Shown: in pieces, positions 41,601 to 57,923 of the stretch | How positions within the stretch are numbered: the first letter of the stretch is position 1 | Layout: each line of letters begins with the position of its first letter | NCBI GenBank assembly: GCA_021613535.1 | Contig: CP075494.1 | Span: forward strand, 7,626,001 to 7,690,000 | From: Adineta vaga | Taxonomy: Eukaryota; Animalia; Rotifera | DNA: 64,000 bases | Reading direction: 5' to 3' | The notes under the pieces: generated by a model | The model's database searches: none | What the model was told of the DNA's origin: nothing | The model's input: the letters and a program-made list of their open reading frames with translations, nothing else | Position numbers and translations under genes: made by a program

Positions 41601-44600
41601 AAAGTTTATCTAGTTTATATCACATGATTCGAGCTGGTCGTGTATTCAGGTATGCTATTACTTAAGTCTGTAAGTCTTATCTAAAATTTTGTACATTGAA
41701 GTCCTCCAGAATTGAAACGTTTAACAGAATTATTAACAAAACGTTTCTATGATCCACATTCACAAGTGTTTGCTTCGTTTCTTGATGTTCTACCTGAATT
41801 TATCATTGCATATAAACGTGAATTAAATGATTGGCTTTATGCTTTATTAACTCGTTTATTAATTCGTTTGGGTGCAGCTGATTTACTTGATTCCGTTGCA
41901 AAAAAATTAAAACATTGTTTAACAATTGTTAACTCTTCGTTTGATGTTCATGCGCAATTTACAGTACTCATTCGATTTGTTAATGATAATTCATCAGCAC
42001 CAAGCGTAAAAGCAAAAGAAATTGTTTTACGTTATTTACAACAAGTTATTCAACATATGGAACCGGTAGATATCACTAATAAAAGTGATATACGAACTGC
42101 TCTATCAAAAATTATTAATTGGTCAAGTGAACCGAAAAGCATTGAAATGAGAAAAGTAAGATTATGCTTAATATTTGACAACTTTCTACAATGTCATTAT
42201 AGGCAGCACAAGCCGTTATTTTTGCTCTATATAATCTGAATCGACCTGAATTCAATCTGATGCTTACTGCACTACCACAAGATTATCAAGTAAGGATTCG
42301 TTAATGAAGTATAGATCATGGTTCGATGCTTCATTCTTTGATTATTATTATAGTTTAGAAAAGTGTTGAAGATCTGTAATCGAGAACTCTGTAGGAATAC
42401 AAATGTATCGTATTAAAGAGCTTTTGTACGACATTATATTATGCACTCTCTTCCTTTTTTATTCGTAATTTTATGTGAAAAGAACATAAAGAGTAAATCC
42501 TTCGTAGTTTGTTCTCAGCATACATTTACTCTATCTGGGAAAATAAGAACACTTTCAATGAAATCATTCGCAAAAATCTACGTGCTAAAAATGAATAAGA
42601 GCAGATCTGATGTAGATTATCTAGTGTAAATATTTAGAGTGATGATTTGCGCTTGTATCTAAAGATAGATTTATCAATTATTAAGAAGTTTTAAAGTTGT
42701 CTGGATCTTTCAAGAAAAACTTATCCTTCTCTAGCAAGAAATGTATTCATTTGCCTTTGTCATTTTCTTTTACATTTATTCATTCATTAAATCATGACCC
42801 GAGGAAATGTCGTCTGGAAACTGAATTTCAAAGTTTAAAAACAATGCCATATATCTTTTCTAGGATACTGCAGCAAAAATTATTCAATCTGCTAATGATA
42901 CTCCGTCACAACTTGACAACAAGTAAAACAAAATCTTTCGTCTCTTTGTCTTCTTTAATATTTTCTATTCATTTCATTTTTAGATATGACTTTTTTCGAC
43001 GAACAAGTCTTTCTGGTTTACCATCACCTATGACAACATCAATGCATTCCGATGTTCATGCACCAACATACGCTTCTGACATGCGTATTTTAATGGAAAA
43101 TATGCAAGCATTAAATGTTAATCATCGTCAAGAAGATTCATTAATGAATTCAGCACCATTAAAAGATAAAGAACATCGTTCAATGATACCAGTTCGTCAT
43201 CATACATCGCAATCATATCATTCACGAGCACATCAAACAGAACCATCAGACGTATGTAATCTGAGATCATGCTAATTTTGTTTCTTTTATGATGTAATTA
43301 ATGTAGAGTATTTCTGATGCTACTGATCGTCCTGAAGCAATTGATCAAGCTCTTAACACCGCTAATAATAATGCAGTATCAAAAGATCAACGACAACATG
43401 CTCTCCGTTGTATTTTAAAATTTGCTAAAATCAATGATATTGAAACATGGGATTTAGCATTTAGTAAAACATTAAACGTTGTAACACAAATTCTGGATAA
43501 TCCTACAGATGATATTATCTATAAAGTCTATAGTTTACGAATCTTACGGGAATTATTAATACATCATACAAATTTATTTATGAATTATATTGAATTAACA
43601 ATATTTCGTATTCTAAAAGCTCAAAGTGAAAGTGAAAGCGAAGTAAATAGTATCATATCTATGAATGTCAAAGTCTTCACTTTCTTCTTTCTTAAGATTA
43701 CTCGTTTTGCCGAACAAGCAGCACATGCTGCTGCTGAACATTTACCAGCAGAGAATACTGTTCGAGTATTGAAACCAATTATAGAACAAGCGAAATATCC
43801 AATGAATCAATCTGCTATAGCTATGTTACAAAAAACAATTGAACTAATGAATAAAGAAATCTGTATTGAATTAATGCCTGAAATGATTCCACCACTTTTA
43901 ACGGTAAAGAAATTTTTCTCTATTTCATTTTTGTTCTTTTTTCTCAAATAAAAGGTATGGGATAGTAATTCCCATAATATCACCGGTGCAACTAGTGTAA
44001 GTGCATGAGATAAACGTAAGCGAACAGTGTTTTTTTGTGTGCAGGAAATGAAGATGTCAATGCTTTTTGCGAAAAACCTGCATGTTGAAAAAGGCATTAA
44101 AACAAAACTGCTTGAGACATCAACTTGTACTTTGATAGAAAATAAAACCATTTGTTTAAATTCTAGTCATGGGATAATGAAACATCAAGTGTACGGAAAG
44201 CAGCAGTCTTCTGTTTAGTATCAATTTATATGGTTGTTGGTGATGCTCTACGTACACATTTGCACAAACTAAGTGCAAGCAAGGTAATGAATGTTTTCTA
44301 TTCTTTCATATACTTTTCGGACATATTTATTACGTTTGATTATTGATCAATAATGTATAGATAGAAACGCTAACTAATGACTCCTTCATAAATCATTAAA
44401 ATGTAATTTGACATACTACCACTAATATGTAGTCATCAGAGACATAACATCGATTTTCAGATAAATTAAAATAATTATTATGATTAGCAGAATTCTTTTA
44501 TAGTCAAAGAATTTCGATAAAATGTCACTAGAAAGAAGCAAATGCTTAGGAATAGATGACAGTTTTGTTTTTGAAAATAACATAGATGTAAATTACGATG

Positions 44601-45410
44601 AATTGTGTTAGATTTTCTAAGAAAGAAAATAAATCTATGCTACACTTATTGCTCCTATGCATATTTCAAAATCAACGTCATCATGCATAAAATGCAAAAA
44701 GACAATGTCGCACTCGATCTGTTCTTCTTCGATAGTCATCTTTATGATTAATGACTACTATAACTTTTAATGATGTTAGCGAACCTTGCTTTGTAACATT
44801 TCTTAGGTTATTCTCTTAGGTTATTCTCTTAGGTAAATTGATCTACAAAGAAAATTTTGTGCAACTCACTAAAAGTTCACTTTAACGGACTGTATTGACT
44901 GAAAACTAATGTCTCGCAAAACAGAAATGATAGTCTACGATAAAAATGTTGAAATAATTGTTATGTGACATTTTAACTATGTCGCGAAGAAAAAAAAACT
45001 AAACATCTAAAAATGAACTGCAATGTTCTTTACAGGAAACATTCGAATGACTAACCATCAATAATGACAGCTACTTTTTTTTCTCATATTTCATAGATTA
45101 TTATCGATATTTGTTTCCTAACTACTGGATAATTAGTCTAAAGAATGATGATTATAAATAAGAACATTGTCGAAAATCCAGATTTAGATTTCAATTATTT
45201 CCAATGAGACTTTCTTAGTGTTCTTTTTTACTTTAGAATATCTTTCTTAATTAGGATATCTGCTTAGCTATAAATATAAATCCTATTCTTCTATACTTTT
45301 AGCTTAAATTGTTAAATGTTTACATCTCAAAAGCTCAACAACAAACAACTACAAGTGTCTCCGAAAAATCAACACCATTGAATGGGCTTAACAATAATCA
45401 AACTTCCTAA
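35643..45410 (+). CDS. CLASP: CLIP-associating protein CLASP (TOG1-TOG2-SR-rich-TOG3-CLIP-ID), many exons
   Basis: WIEGSNFRIA, DRLGDSKDQVRE, DWEKRVEA, VKDLRSQIVREICIT, GLSDADAEARSNARKAF, SQSQPGSRSTSP, DDASETSSICSERS, WSSEPKSIEMRK, SSVRKAAVFCLV, KLKLLNVYISKA; TAA at 45408-45410. Confidence 0.95.
36743..36767. repeat. (GA)n microsatellite in a CLASP intron
   Basis: agcgagagagagagagagagagagaa. Confidence 0.8.
44802..44834. repeat. 13-bp tandem repeat (TTAGGTTATTCTC) x~2.5 in the last CLASP intron
   Basis: tcttaggttattctcttaggttattctcttaggt. Confidence 0.7.
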
Positions 45411-46662
45411 CATTATCTTTCTTTGCTTGTTTTTTCTTTGATGTGCGTGTGTGTGTGTGTACATAGAAAGTTAGTCTTTTTACCTTTCTATTAACTTAAT
45501 GTACGTGTGTATTTAATAAAAACAAAGAACTTTTAACTTGATTGACAACGAGTTACCTATCATCATAGCGAATGCGAATAGATTTTTTCATATCCGAGAA
45601 TTCTGGAATTGATTGTTCATGGATAGAAACAAAATCAAAAGCTTTTACGAAAATCCTATTTATGCTTGTTTGTCATAACAGAAAAGAATTAGCAAGATTT
45701 ATTCGTCCAAATGATATATATGTATGTCTATTTATCTGTGTAATCAAATGAAGAAAAAAAGACGAAGATCAACAAAATATTCGTGGTGAAATTCATTAAA
45801 TAATTAGAAAATTAGCAATGCATGATTTGTCGGAAATAATTATTATTCATCCTAGAAAATTTTTCGTACATATCTCTGGTTAAAAGAACGAGTGGGCAGA
45901 GAACAAATATCGTTTTTAGTACGATAAACAGATGGACTACTTATGGATTCTGTTCAACAGATAAATAGCATCTGTTAATATTATCGTATTATATATATAT
46001 ACATGTATCGATTTATGGCTGGGAAGAATATTTGTATCGATTAGTAATATATTATAACATGGTTAGAATTCTAATGAATGTGATAATTGTTTTTATCTGT
46101 CACCAAACAGGATATATAAGATCCGAAATGATACAACTGATTCTATGTCATTTTTCTTTCTTTTGTAATCTTACACTTGTTAAAAAGAATACTTTCTTTT
46201 TGAACTTTTGAATTATTAATAAGCCTTTTTTTCTTTTATAAAATTAAAGTTAGTTTTCTTTATGTCAGAGAAAGAAAACAAGGTAAGTCTTCTATATTTA
46301 TATCAATTCTTTCTATTGAATGTGAAACACATCTGCATGTATTTGAATAACAATTCATTTCCGAAGAAGATTCTAATAAGAATATTAAAATCAAACAAAA
46401 AATCTCTCTATTAATAGAAAATATTCAACTCAAGCAATAGTATTATCTCAATGAATAACAAAAATATCTTTCACAGGGGGCGGAGATCGAAAATAGAGAG
46501 GGAAAGAAAGAGAAAAAAAGACGAAGAAAATTTTCTCTCTTCTTATATTTTCTCCACTTCTTTTTCTCTTCTCGCGTCTCATCGGTGTCATTTCATTCAC
46601 CTTCAATCCATACTCAACATTGTCTTTTCAAGCCTTTCTTGCATTTCAGACTTCTCATCAAT

Positions 46663-47394
46663 ATGAAATTGTATTTTTTTTTATTCGTTGTACTTATCGT
46701 TCTGGTACAAACCTTTTCGTCATATGCTGAACAATCGGATAGCTCGTCGGAAAATGAAAATCTCGATCGGTAAGTCAACAGAATTCATATTCTTCAACTT
46801 ATCAAGTTTATCTTTCTATTGAATCATCTGTTACAGATTAATGAAGGAAAATCTAAGTGTATCGAAAGGTGTCTAGTTTTCCGATAGAGTTTAGTGCTTA
46901 AGTATTCATCATAATATTATATTCTCTGCTCGTGAAAAATGAGTTGAAGTATTTATTTGCATAGTCATTTCTTATTATTTTTCGATGAGAATAGCATGTT
47001 GTCCTCCAGGATTGTTAAATCAACTGATTAATATTTACATCAATGGAATTCTTAGTTCGATTGGTTCGTGGTTCAATTGAGTTGTTCATTAGATTTAGTA
47101 CTTGTTTAATTTATGAAAATGATGTTCTTTCTTTTTTATAGTGTCTTGAACAAACGTTTGAGTTCACAATGGGGAAAACGTTTACAAAAAGTTTGGGGAA
47201 AACGATCTGAAAGTGATAATACCGAGCTCTATCAACATATTCTCCGTGAACTTTATCACAATGCACGTTTACGTCAACTCGAACATCCTCTACATTCAGA
47301 TGACAATGATCGTAGGTAAATATTTATTATTTCATTAGTGATTAATTTACTAACATGTTTTGTTCTATCTTTTAGTGAATCTTTCAACTCTTGA
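46663..47394 (+). CDS. Neuropeptide precursor (Wamide); exons 46663-46769, 47142-47315, 47376-47394
   Basis: Signal peptide MKLYFFLFVVLIVLVQTFSSYA, acidic spacer, then KR-LSSQWG-KR-LQKVWG-KR: dibasic cleavage sites with Gly amidation donors. Confidence 0.85.
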
Positions 47395-49158
47395 AGAGTT
47401 CGTAGCACAGCATTCAACAAGGAATAATGACAATTCAAAAGAAACGGAAAATATGTTATAAAAAAATCCTAAAGAATAATCTTAATCCTTTTTTCTTTAT
47501 CTCTCATTTTTTTTCTTATAAATTTTTGTGTCATATTCTACTACAACAAATAAAACATTATTCAACGTGCTGTGCATATTTTTGTAACATCAAGTTGATG
47601 TCTAACTTATTCGAAGTAATAGAAAGATAAAGGAAGACTATTCATTATATTCAATTCTGGCATTTGTTTTTAGTACAAATGACTCATATGAACAGGCAGA
47701 GAAGTATCGATGCTTTGTGTTTTACATATTTATTGGCAATTAAATCAAATTTATTTATGAAACGAACTTTGTTATTAATATTTTTGAAATTGAGTTTGAG
47801 AAAACATCGTATTGTTGAATGAAATCAAGAGAACAGCTTTAGAGGTTAATTAGATAAAATGTCAATATTCTCGATTTTTGAAACAGAGGAACTACGCATG
47901 ATCTTGTAGCTATATAAAGTTTCTTGAATCGTTTTGAGAAAATATTTGACTTTTATTCTGTGAGACTAGCTGTATTTCTTGATGGTTATTTATTTTGAAA
48001 GTAGCATGCAAAGATTGAGTAAGACAGTCGTTTTTCTTTTGCTGAAAATAACATAATTCACTAGATGTCTATGGTTTCATCATGCAAGAGAATTTAAAAT
48101 ACCATCTTCAAAGATTAAGATAGTCGGATAGAACAAAAAGCTTGACAATAGATTTCAAAAGATAGGATCAATAGAAATGCGAAAAACATGATATGCTTCA
48201 AAGAAATAACTAACTACCTATTCATCTGACAATCTATCTTTTCAATCTGAAACAGATATTACTGACAGTTGCATATGTCAACTCCATATATCAAATCAAC
48301 TATCAAAAACAATCTAGAAACCGGCTGATTTCAATGGCGATTTCTTTCGCGGAGAAATGATTTCCGTGCAAATCGTAAAGTGCATCAATTGTAATTCTCC
48401 TCTTCACTAAAATCAATCTGAAAACCACCGTGTCTAATCTTATTTAGCATATAGTTTTCGATGAGAGAAAAATATGTTTAATAACGTTGCTTTAATTTAA
48501 TCCATTCCGGATATTAAACATTTATTTTCGGAGGGAAAATTATAGATATGACTTTCAGGATTATTGACTTTATTAACTTCAATATCTTTTTCGAACGAAA
48601 TTACCTCGCGGAGGTTGAACAGTTTACAATTTCAATTATCTAATCTATATATGACACTGTTTTTCTTCTGTTAATATAAGCAATCGACATAGTATATTTC
48701 ATTCATAGAAAAAATCTCAATCAAATAAAAAGAACGGATTATTCATTTAATACATTTCAAAATACGCTTATAGAGAAATAATGCAAAAAAAAAGAAAAAC
48801 GCTGGAACAATTAAATTGGAATGAATTGAACATATTCAGGAAAAGAAGAAGAAAGGAATATATTATTGTATAAAATAAATTCATATGTTATTGAATTAAA
48901 GCACAAATAAATCTACGAAAATATCGAAAAGAAAAACGAAACCCGGAAGAATATGTTAAAAAAACACTTTTGTTTTCATAGTTTCCTACAAAAAAAAATA
49001 TGTTATTAAACTCAATGTACTCAAAGCATCACTGAATACATTTTGTTTAATCTAAATTTCCACAACTAAATTAAAAAAAAACGAGTAATATATAGTCGAA
49101 TATTTCCATTATCAAGACGATTCCAACAGAAAAACAAAGAGAAGGAAAGGAATACTTT

Positions 49159-53066
<3,908 letters not shown>

Positions 53067-53856
53067 TAGTAAAATATGAAATCTAGAAAAGAAGAGTAGA
53101 TATCTCCATATTCCTATCGAATCGATTGTAAAATGAACAAACATAAGTGTCAAATGAGTCGTCAACAACGTTAGTGATCACGTCTACACACTTACGTTAC
53201 ATCTGATATTTGTTTAGTGTGTACATGGTGATCAACGAAAGGAAGTGTCACATCACAATCATATCGAATGATTGAACTTCTATTGTGTTGAGATCGGCAT
53301 TCAATCAAAACTGTTGTATTGAACTTTTTCGCTTTCTCTTACTCAATTTGTTTTTATTTTTTTCAAAAAGAAAAGAACGAGAAACAATGAACAGAACAAA
53401 TGTAAAATAATATTCAATGATTCACCATTTAAAAGTAAAGGAGGACAAAACTGATAAAACGCAACCAATGTTTTTAAAGCAGCGTTCGTTTATATCCAAC
53501 TATTTCACTGATAGCATTACCTTATCTTACCGAAAAAATCGGTCAGATTTCTATACGGTAGTTCTTGAGTGTAATATTTAACTACCGCCATCTATCGAAC
53601 TAGAAAATATATTTCTTCTCTATTTCTTTTTGAATTTTTTTTCTAATTATATCTTAATTTTTTTATGAGAAATTTTCTTGAATCTAATTGAATTGATTAC
53701 TATCGTATATATCACGCGTAATTCGATTCGAGATAATCATATATTTATACTATTTCTCACCACTCACACACTACTTTTTTCTCTTTCCGTTCTTATAGTT
53801 ATTTATAAATATACAATAAGATAAATTCATTCATTGATTCATATTTGAAAGATCAA

Positions 53857-55052
53857 ATGACTGATAAATCAACTCCAACAACACCAGGTGTTTCAGGTGT
53901 CGATGAATGGCATGATGCATCAGCAGAAAATAGTCCAGCAACTGATGAATCTTCAGCAAACCAAGAATCAAAGAAGAAAGCAAATACTGGAACTAATGAA
54001 AAACGTTCCATGCAATTCAGTGGTGGTCTTGATATCAATGTTGACTTAAATTTAGGTCCAGCACCTTTATCCTATGAAGAAAAAGCGATAAAAGAACGAG
54101 AAAATTGTGATTATACAACAAAAATTACAATAGACATGGCTAAAAATGGTACAGCTCCACGAAAAATTCGTATTTATGCTGATGGTAAGAAAGATTTTTT
54201 AAAGATTTACTCAATGATAGAAAATCAATCTTTAGGTATTTATGATTTATTTCATGCTGGTCATGCTCGTCAATTAATGCAAGCCAAGAATATATTTAAA
54301 AATGTTTATCTTCTTGTTGGCGTTTGTAATGATGATTTAACACATAGTAAGAAGGGTAAAACAGTTATGGATGAAGCTGAACGTTATGAAAGTGTACGAC
54401 ATTGTCGTTATGTCGATGAAGTTGTGATTGATGCACCATGGGTACTTGATGATGAATTTTTGACACAAAATAAAATTGATTTTGTTGCTCATGATGAAAT
54501 TCCATATGGAGCTGAAGGAAGTGATGATATTTATCAACATATCAAAGTAAATACAAACATTTCATTGATGTGTTTATGAATTGATTATTTTAGGCTCGTG
54601 GTATGTTCGTTGCTACTCAACGTACTGAAGGTGTTTCAACATCTGATATTATCTGTCGTCTTGTTCGTGATTATGATATGTATGTTCGACGTAATTTAGC
54701 TCGTGGATATTCAGCACAAGATTTAAATGTTGGATTTATCAAGAAAAATCAACTGGAATTTCAATCAAAAATTGATAATGTCAAATCAAAATTTCGTTCA
54801 TATGAAGAAGAATCGAAAACATTTATGGAACGTTGGGAAGATCGAAGTAAAGAATATATTCATAGTTTCATCGGTTTATTTGAAAAAACTGGTGTTTTAC
54901 ATTTACTTCATCGTTCTCAATCACCCTTTATGATTGCTGGTGGTCATAGTGGTAAAAGTGACACTGAAGATGAAGATCTCATTGCATCAAAACATGTTCG
55001 TCAAGATAAAAAATCCGAACAAACTAATAAAACAACGAATGAAACGAGATAA
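53857..55052 (+). CDS. PCYT1: Choline-phosphate cytidylyltransferase (CCT); introns 54185-54235 and ~54547-54593
   Basis: [24 protein letters not shown] (HxGH), [60 protein letters not shown], amphipathic M-domain. Confidence 0.96.
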
Positions 55053-55679
55053 TACTATTATCTAAATAAGAATTTGCTAGTTTTTATATGGAAATGTGCA
55101 GAACATTGATGTATAATTTCTTTCTTTTTTCCTTCGAACAATTATTTAACTAAACTTCTCATATAAAAATTGCCTGATTGTGATCTTGTTGTTTATTATT
55201 TGTTTTTCATTTTTACAAACACTTCAGAAAATCTACTAACTAAATCGAACGTTTCCTTCTTCGACTTTTTCTTTATTGTTATTCAAGTATTACTAATCAC
55301 TTTATAGCGTTACTATATAAGTGAAATAATAACACAGAATATATTTTTATATTTGATTCTGATGTTCGATAGAAGAAAGATCTAATGAAACCTTTTAAGA
55401 AGAATAGAATAAGAATGAAAGAGAGAACGCCAATCATCAACATTTGTATCAAGAAGAGGAAGAAAAAACTTCGGCGTTCGAATATAAATATTCTCACATG
55501 AAGGAAAGAAAAGAAGAAAAAAAATGTCAAAGAAAATAGAACTCACCAAAAGAAAAAGAAAAATATTCATGTGGATGCTGGTTGGCGCTCGATGTCTCGC
55601 ATTTGCTATCTTATTACTATGTAATTTCAGCATTTATTTAACAAACACGTAGCAGAAATTCACATCAAAGCAGCAATAC

Positions 55680-55701
55680 ATATATATATATATATATATA
55701 T
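55680..55701. repeat. (TA)n microsatellite
   Basis: atatatatatatatatatatat. Confidence 0.8.
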
Positions 55702-56238
55702 TTATTTCTTTATTCGAGCAGGTGAATGATTGAAAGGAAGAAAAAAAAAGAATCTTTCTGCTATAGTACATCTTACAATCAAATGTATTTCGTCTGTTCT
55801 CATAAACAGGTGAGGTCGCCAGTTAAATATTGTAAAAGAGTTATTTATTCTTCATGGTTGTCGTATGCATTAATCTTTCGTTGCAAAGATGTCTTCGATA
55901 ATTTTCTGTCCCTTATCGGTAAGAATAGATAAGAATCATTTAGTCGACAATAGATAGTTATTCACATCATCTTTTGTAACTAACGAGTATACTGTATAGA
56001 ATAAAAACATCCGAAGAATAAATCGTTTCAGTTTCTATTCGGATCAGAACTTTTCTCGATCAATCTCTATTGAATTGATTACGAAGCATATAGCGTGCAT
56101 TTCTCTTAGCGATCGGAATGTTTGCATTTCATAACGTATTCATTGAGAGTGTTTTCTTTAGTTCTAGATTATTGATTGCAAATACATCGAAGATATTCTT
56201 CTTTTTACAATGTGTTAATATCGATGCATTGATACACC

Positions 56239-57827
56239 ATGGACAAACGTATTCATACAAAACGCTCAACAAATTTGACATGTCGTCATTATCTCAGTCA
56301 TTTTAAATGGCCATTATTCTTTTGTTTATTTTTAATTATATTTATTTCATTAAATCCGATGAATTTAACTTCTTTTTTGTATTCTTCAAATGAATCTGAA
56401 GTCAATCTAGAAATTCCATATACGAATGTGATCTATCCAATTGATGTATTCCATAATGATAATGGTAATTTTAGTATTTTATATTATTTTAAAAGAAAAG
56501 ATGAATTAAAAGCAATTGATGATAAAAAATCGATCAATAATACACAAAAAGTTATCTTACCATTCCAAGAAAAAAAATCATCATTAAAATCTTATTTAAT
56601 TCTGGAATTTACACGTGTTTTTCAACGTCCACGTTTTTGTTCACATACAAAGAATGATATCTTTGGTAAAACATGTCCGTATACAAATTGGTATGTTTTA
56701 ATTATCGAGAATTAGTCGAATTCATTCACCTATGTTTTTATCTTTTAGTGAATATACATGTGATTTGAAACGTGAAAAAGAAGCAGATGTACTCCTGATG
56801 CATAAACGTGATTTAAATTTTGAACAACTTGAAAATAAGACACGAAATCCGGAACAAATCTGGCTTCTATGGCATGATGAATCGAATGAAAATTCAGAAA
56901 AAATCAATAAATTTAAATTCAATTGGACAATTACTTATCGAACAAGTGCAGAAGCATCTTTAGGTGCTTATGGTATCACTATAGTTAAACGAAAACCTTG
57001 GTCAATGAAACAATTAAATTCATGGATAGATCAACAATTTATTGAACGATTCAATCAAGCTGTTTGGTAAGAAATTTCTGTTGATTTTTTTTGTTGACTG
57101 TATGGAAATTGTTCTGCTTTCGTACCTCACCAACTCTTGTAATCAAAAGAGACAAGCAATACATCGGGGAATACAGATGAAATGAATTAATATGTAGATA
57201 TCGGAATACAAAATTCCGTCTGACATTAATTCGATTATTTCTATCATTTTCATTTTCTTTAGGTTCGTCTCGAATTGTCGTCCTCAAAAACGTTTAGCAA
57301 AATTTCGTTCATTTCGTAAACATTATCCCATTGCTGCATTTGGAAAATGTATCTCTCCGAATGATTCGTTTTCACTTACTGCTCAATCTCTATCTAAAAA
57401 AGATTGTGGTCGTCAATCATCATGTGAGAAAAATTATCTTACAAAATCGAAATTCTATCTTGCTTTCGAATCTCAATCGTGTACTGATTATGTAACGGAA
57501 AAATTCTGGCGTACACTTTTCGTTGGTGCAATTCCGATCGTTAGTGGACCTGAACGAGACAATTTCGCACGCATTGCTCCACCGCATTCATTCATTCATG
57601 TGAATGATTATTCATCGGATAAAGAATTAGCTAATGCATTGAATTTAATCGAACAAAATCGAACTTTATACGGAAAATATCATGCATGGAGACGATATTA
57701 TGATGTTTATTATGAAGCGAAAGATGTTGATCCATATCGATTTTGTGAATTATGTTATCGATTAAATACAAATCAACAACGTATTTGGTATGAGAATATA
57801 AATGAATGGTTTTTGGAAAAATGTTGA
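56239..57827 (+). CDS. Alpha-1,3-fucosyltransferase-like (GT10), type II membrane; introns ~56691-56748 and ~57067-57262
   Basis: N-terminal TM, CPYTNCEYTCD, QIWLLWHDES, FNWTITYR, AVWFVSNC, KFYLAFESQSCTDYVTEKFW, GAIPIVSGP, APPHSFIHVNDY, FCELCYRL. Confidence 0.9.
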
Positions 57828-57923
57828 TTCGAAACTGAACATTCGGATATTAAGTCAGATAATATATACTTATGTTGAAGCTCTTCTATAGTTTTTCAGT
57901 AATAAAAATTTTTGTTTAGAAAT

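Noticed and set aside
44802-44834. TTAGG units as interstitial telomeric repeat
   Set aside because: TTAGG is part of a 13-bp unit repeated only ~2.5 times, not a tandem telomeric array
47400-49100. Possible transposon remnant or RNA gene between the neuropeptide gene and DPYS/CRMP
   Set aside because: No TIRs, LTRs, transposase/RT motifs or tRNA/rRNA signatures discernible by eye
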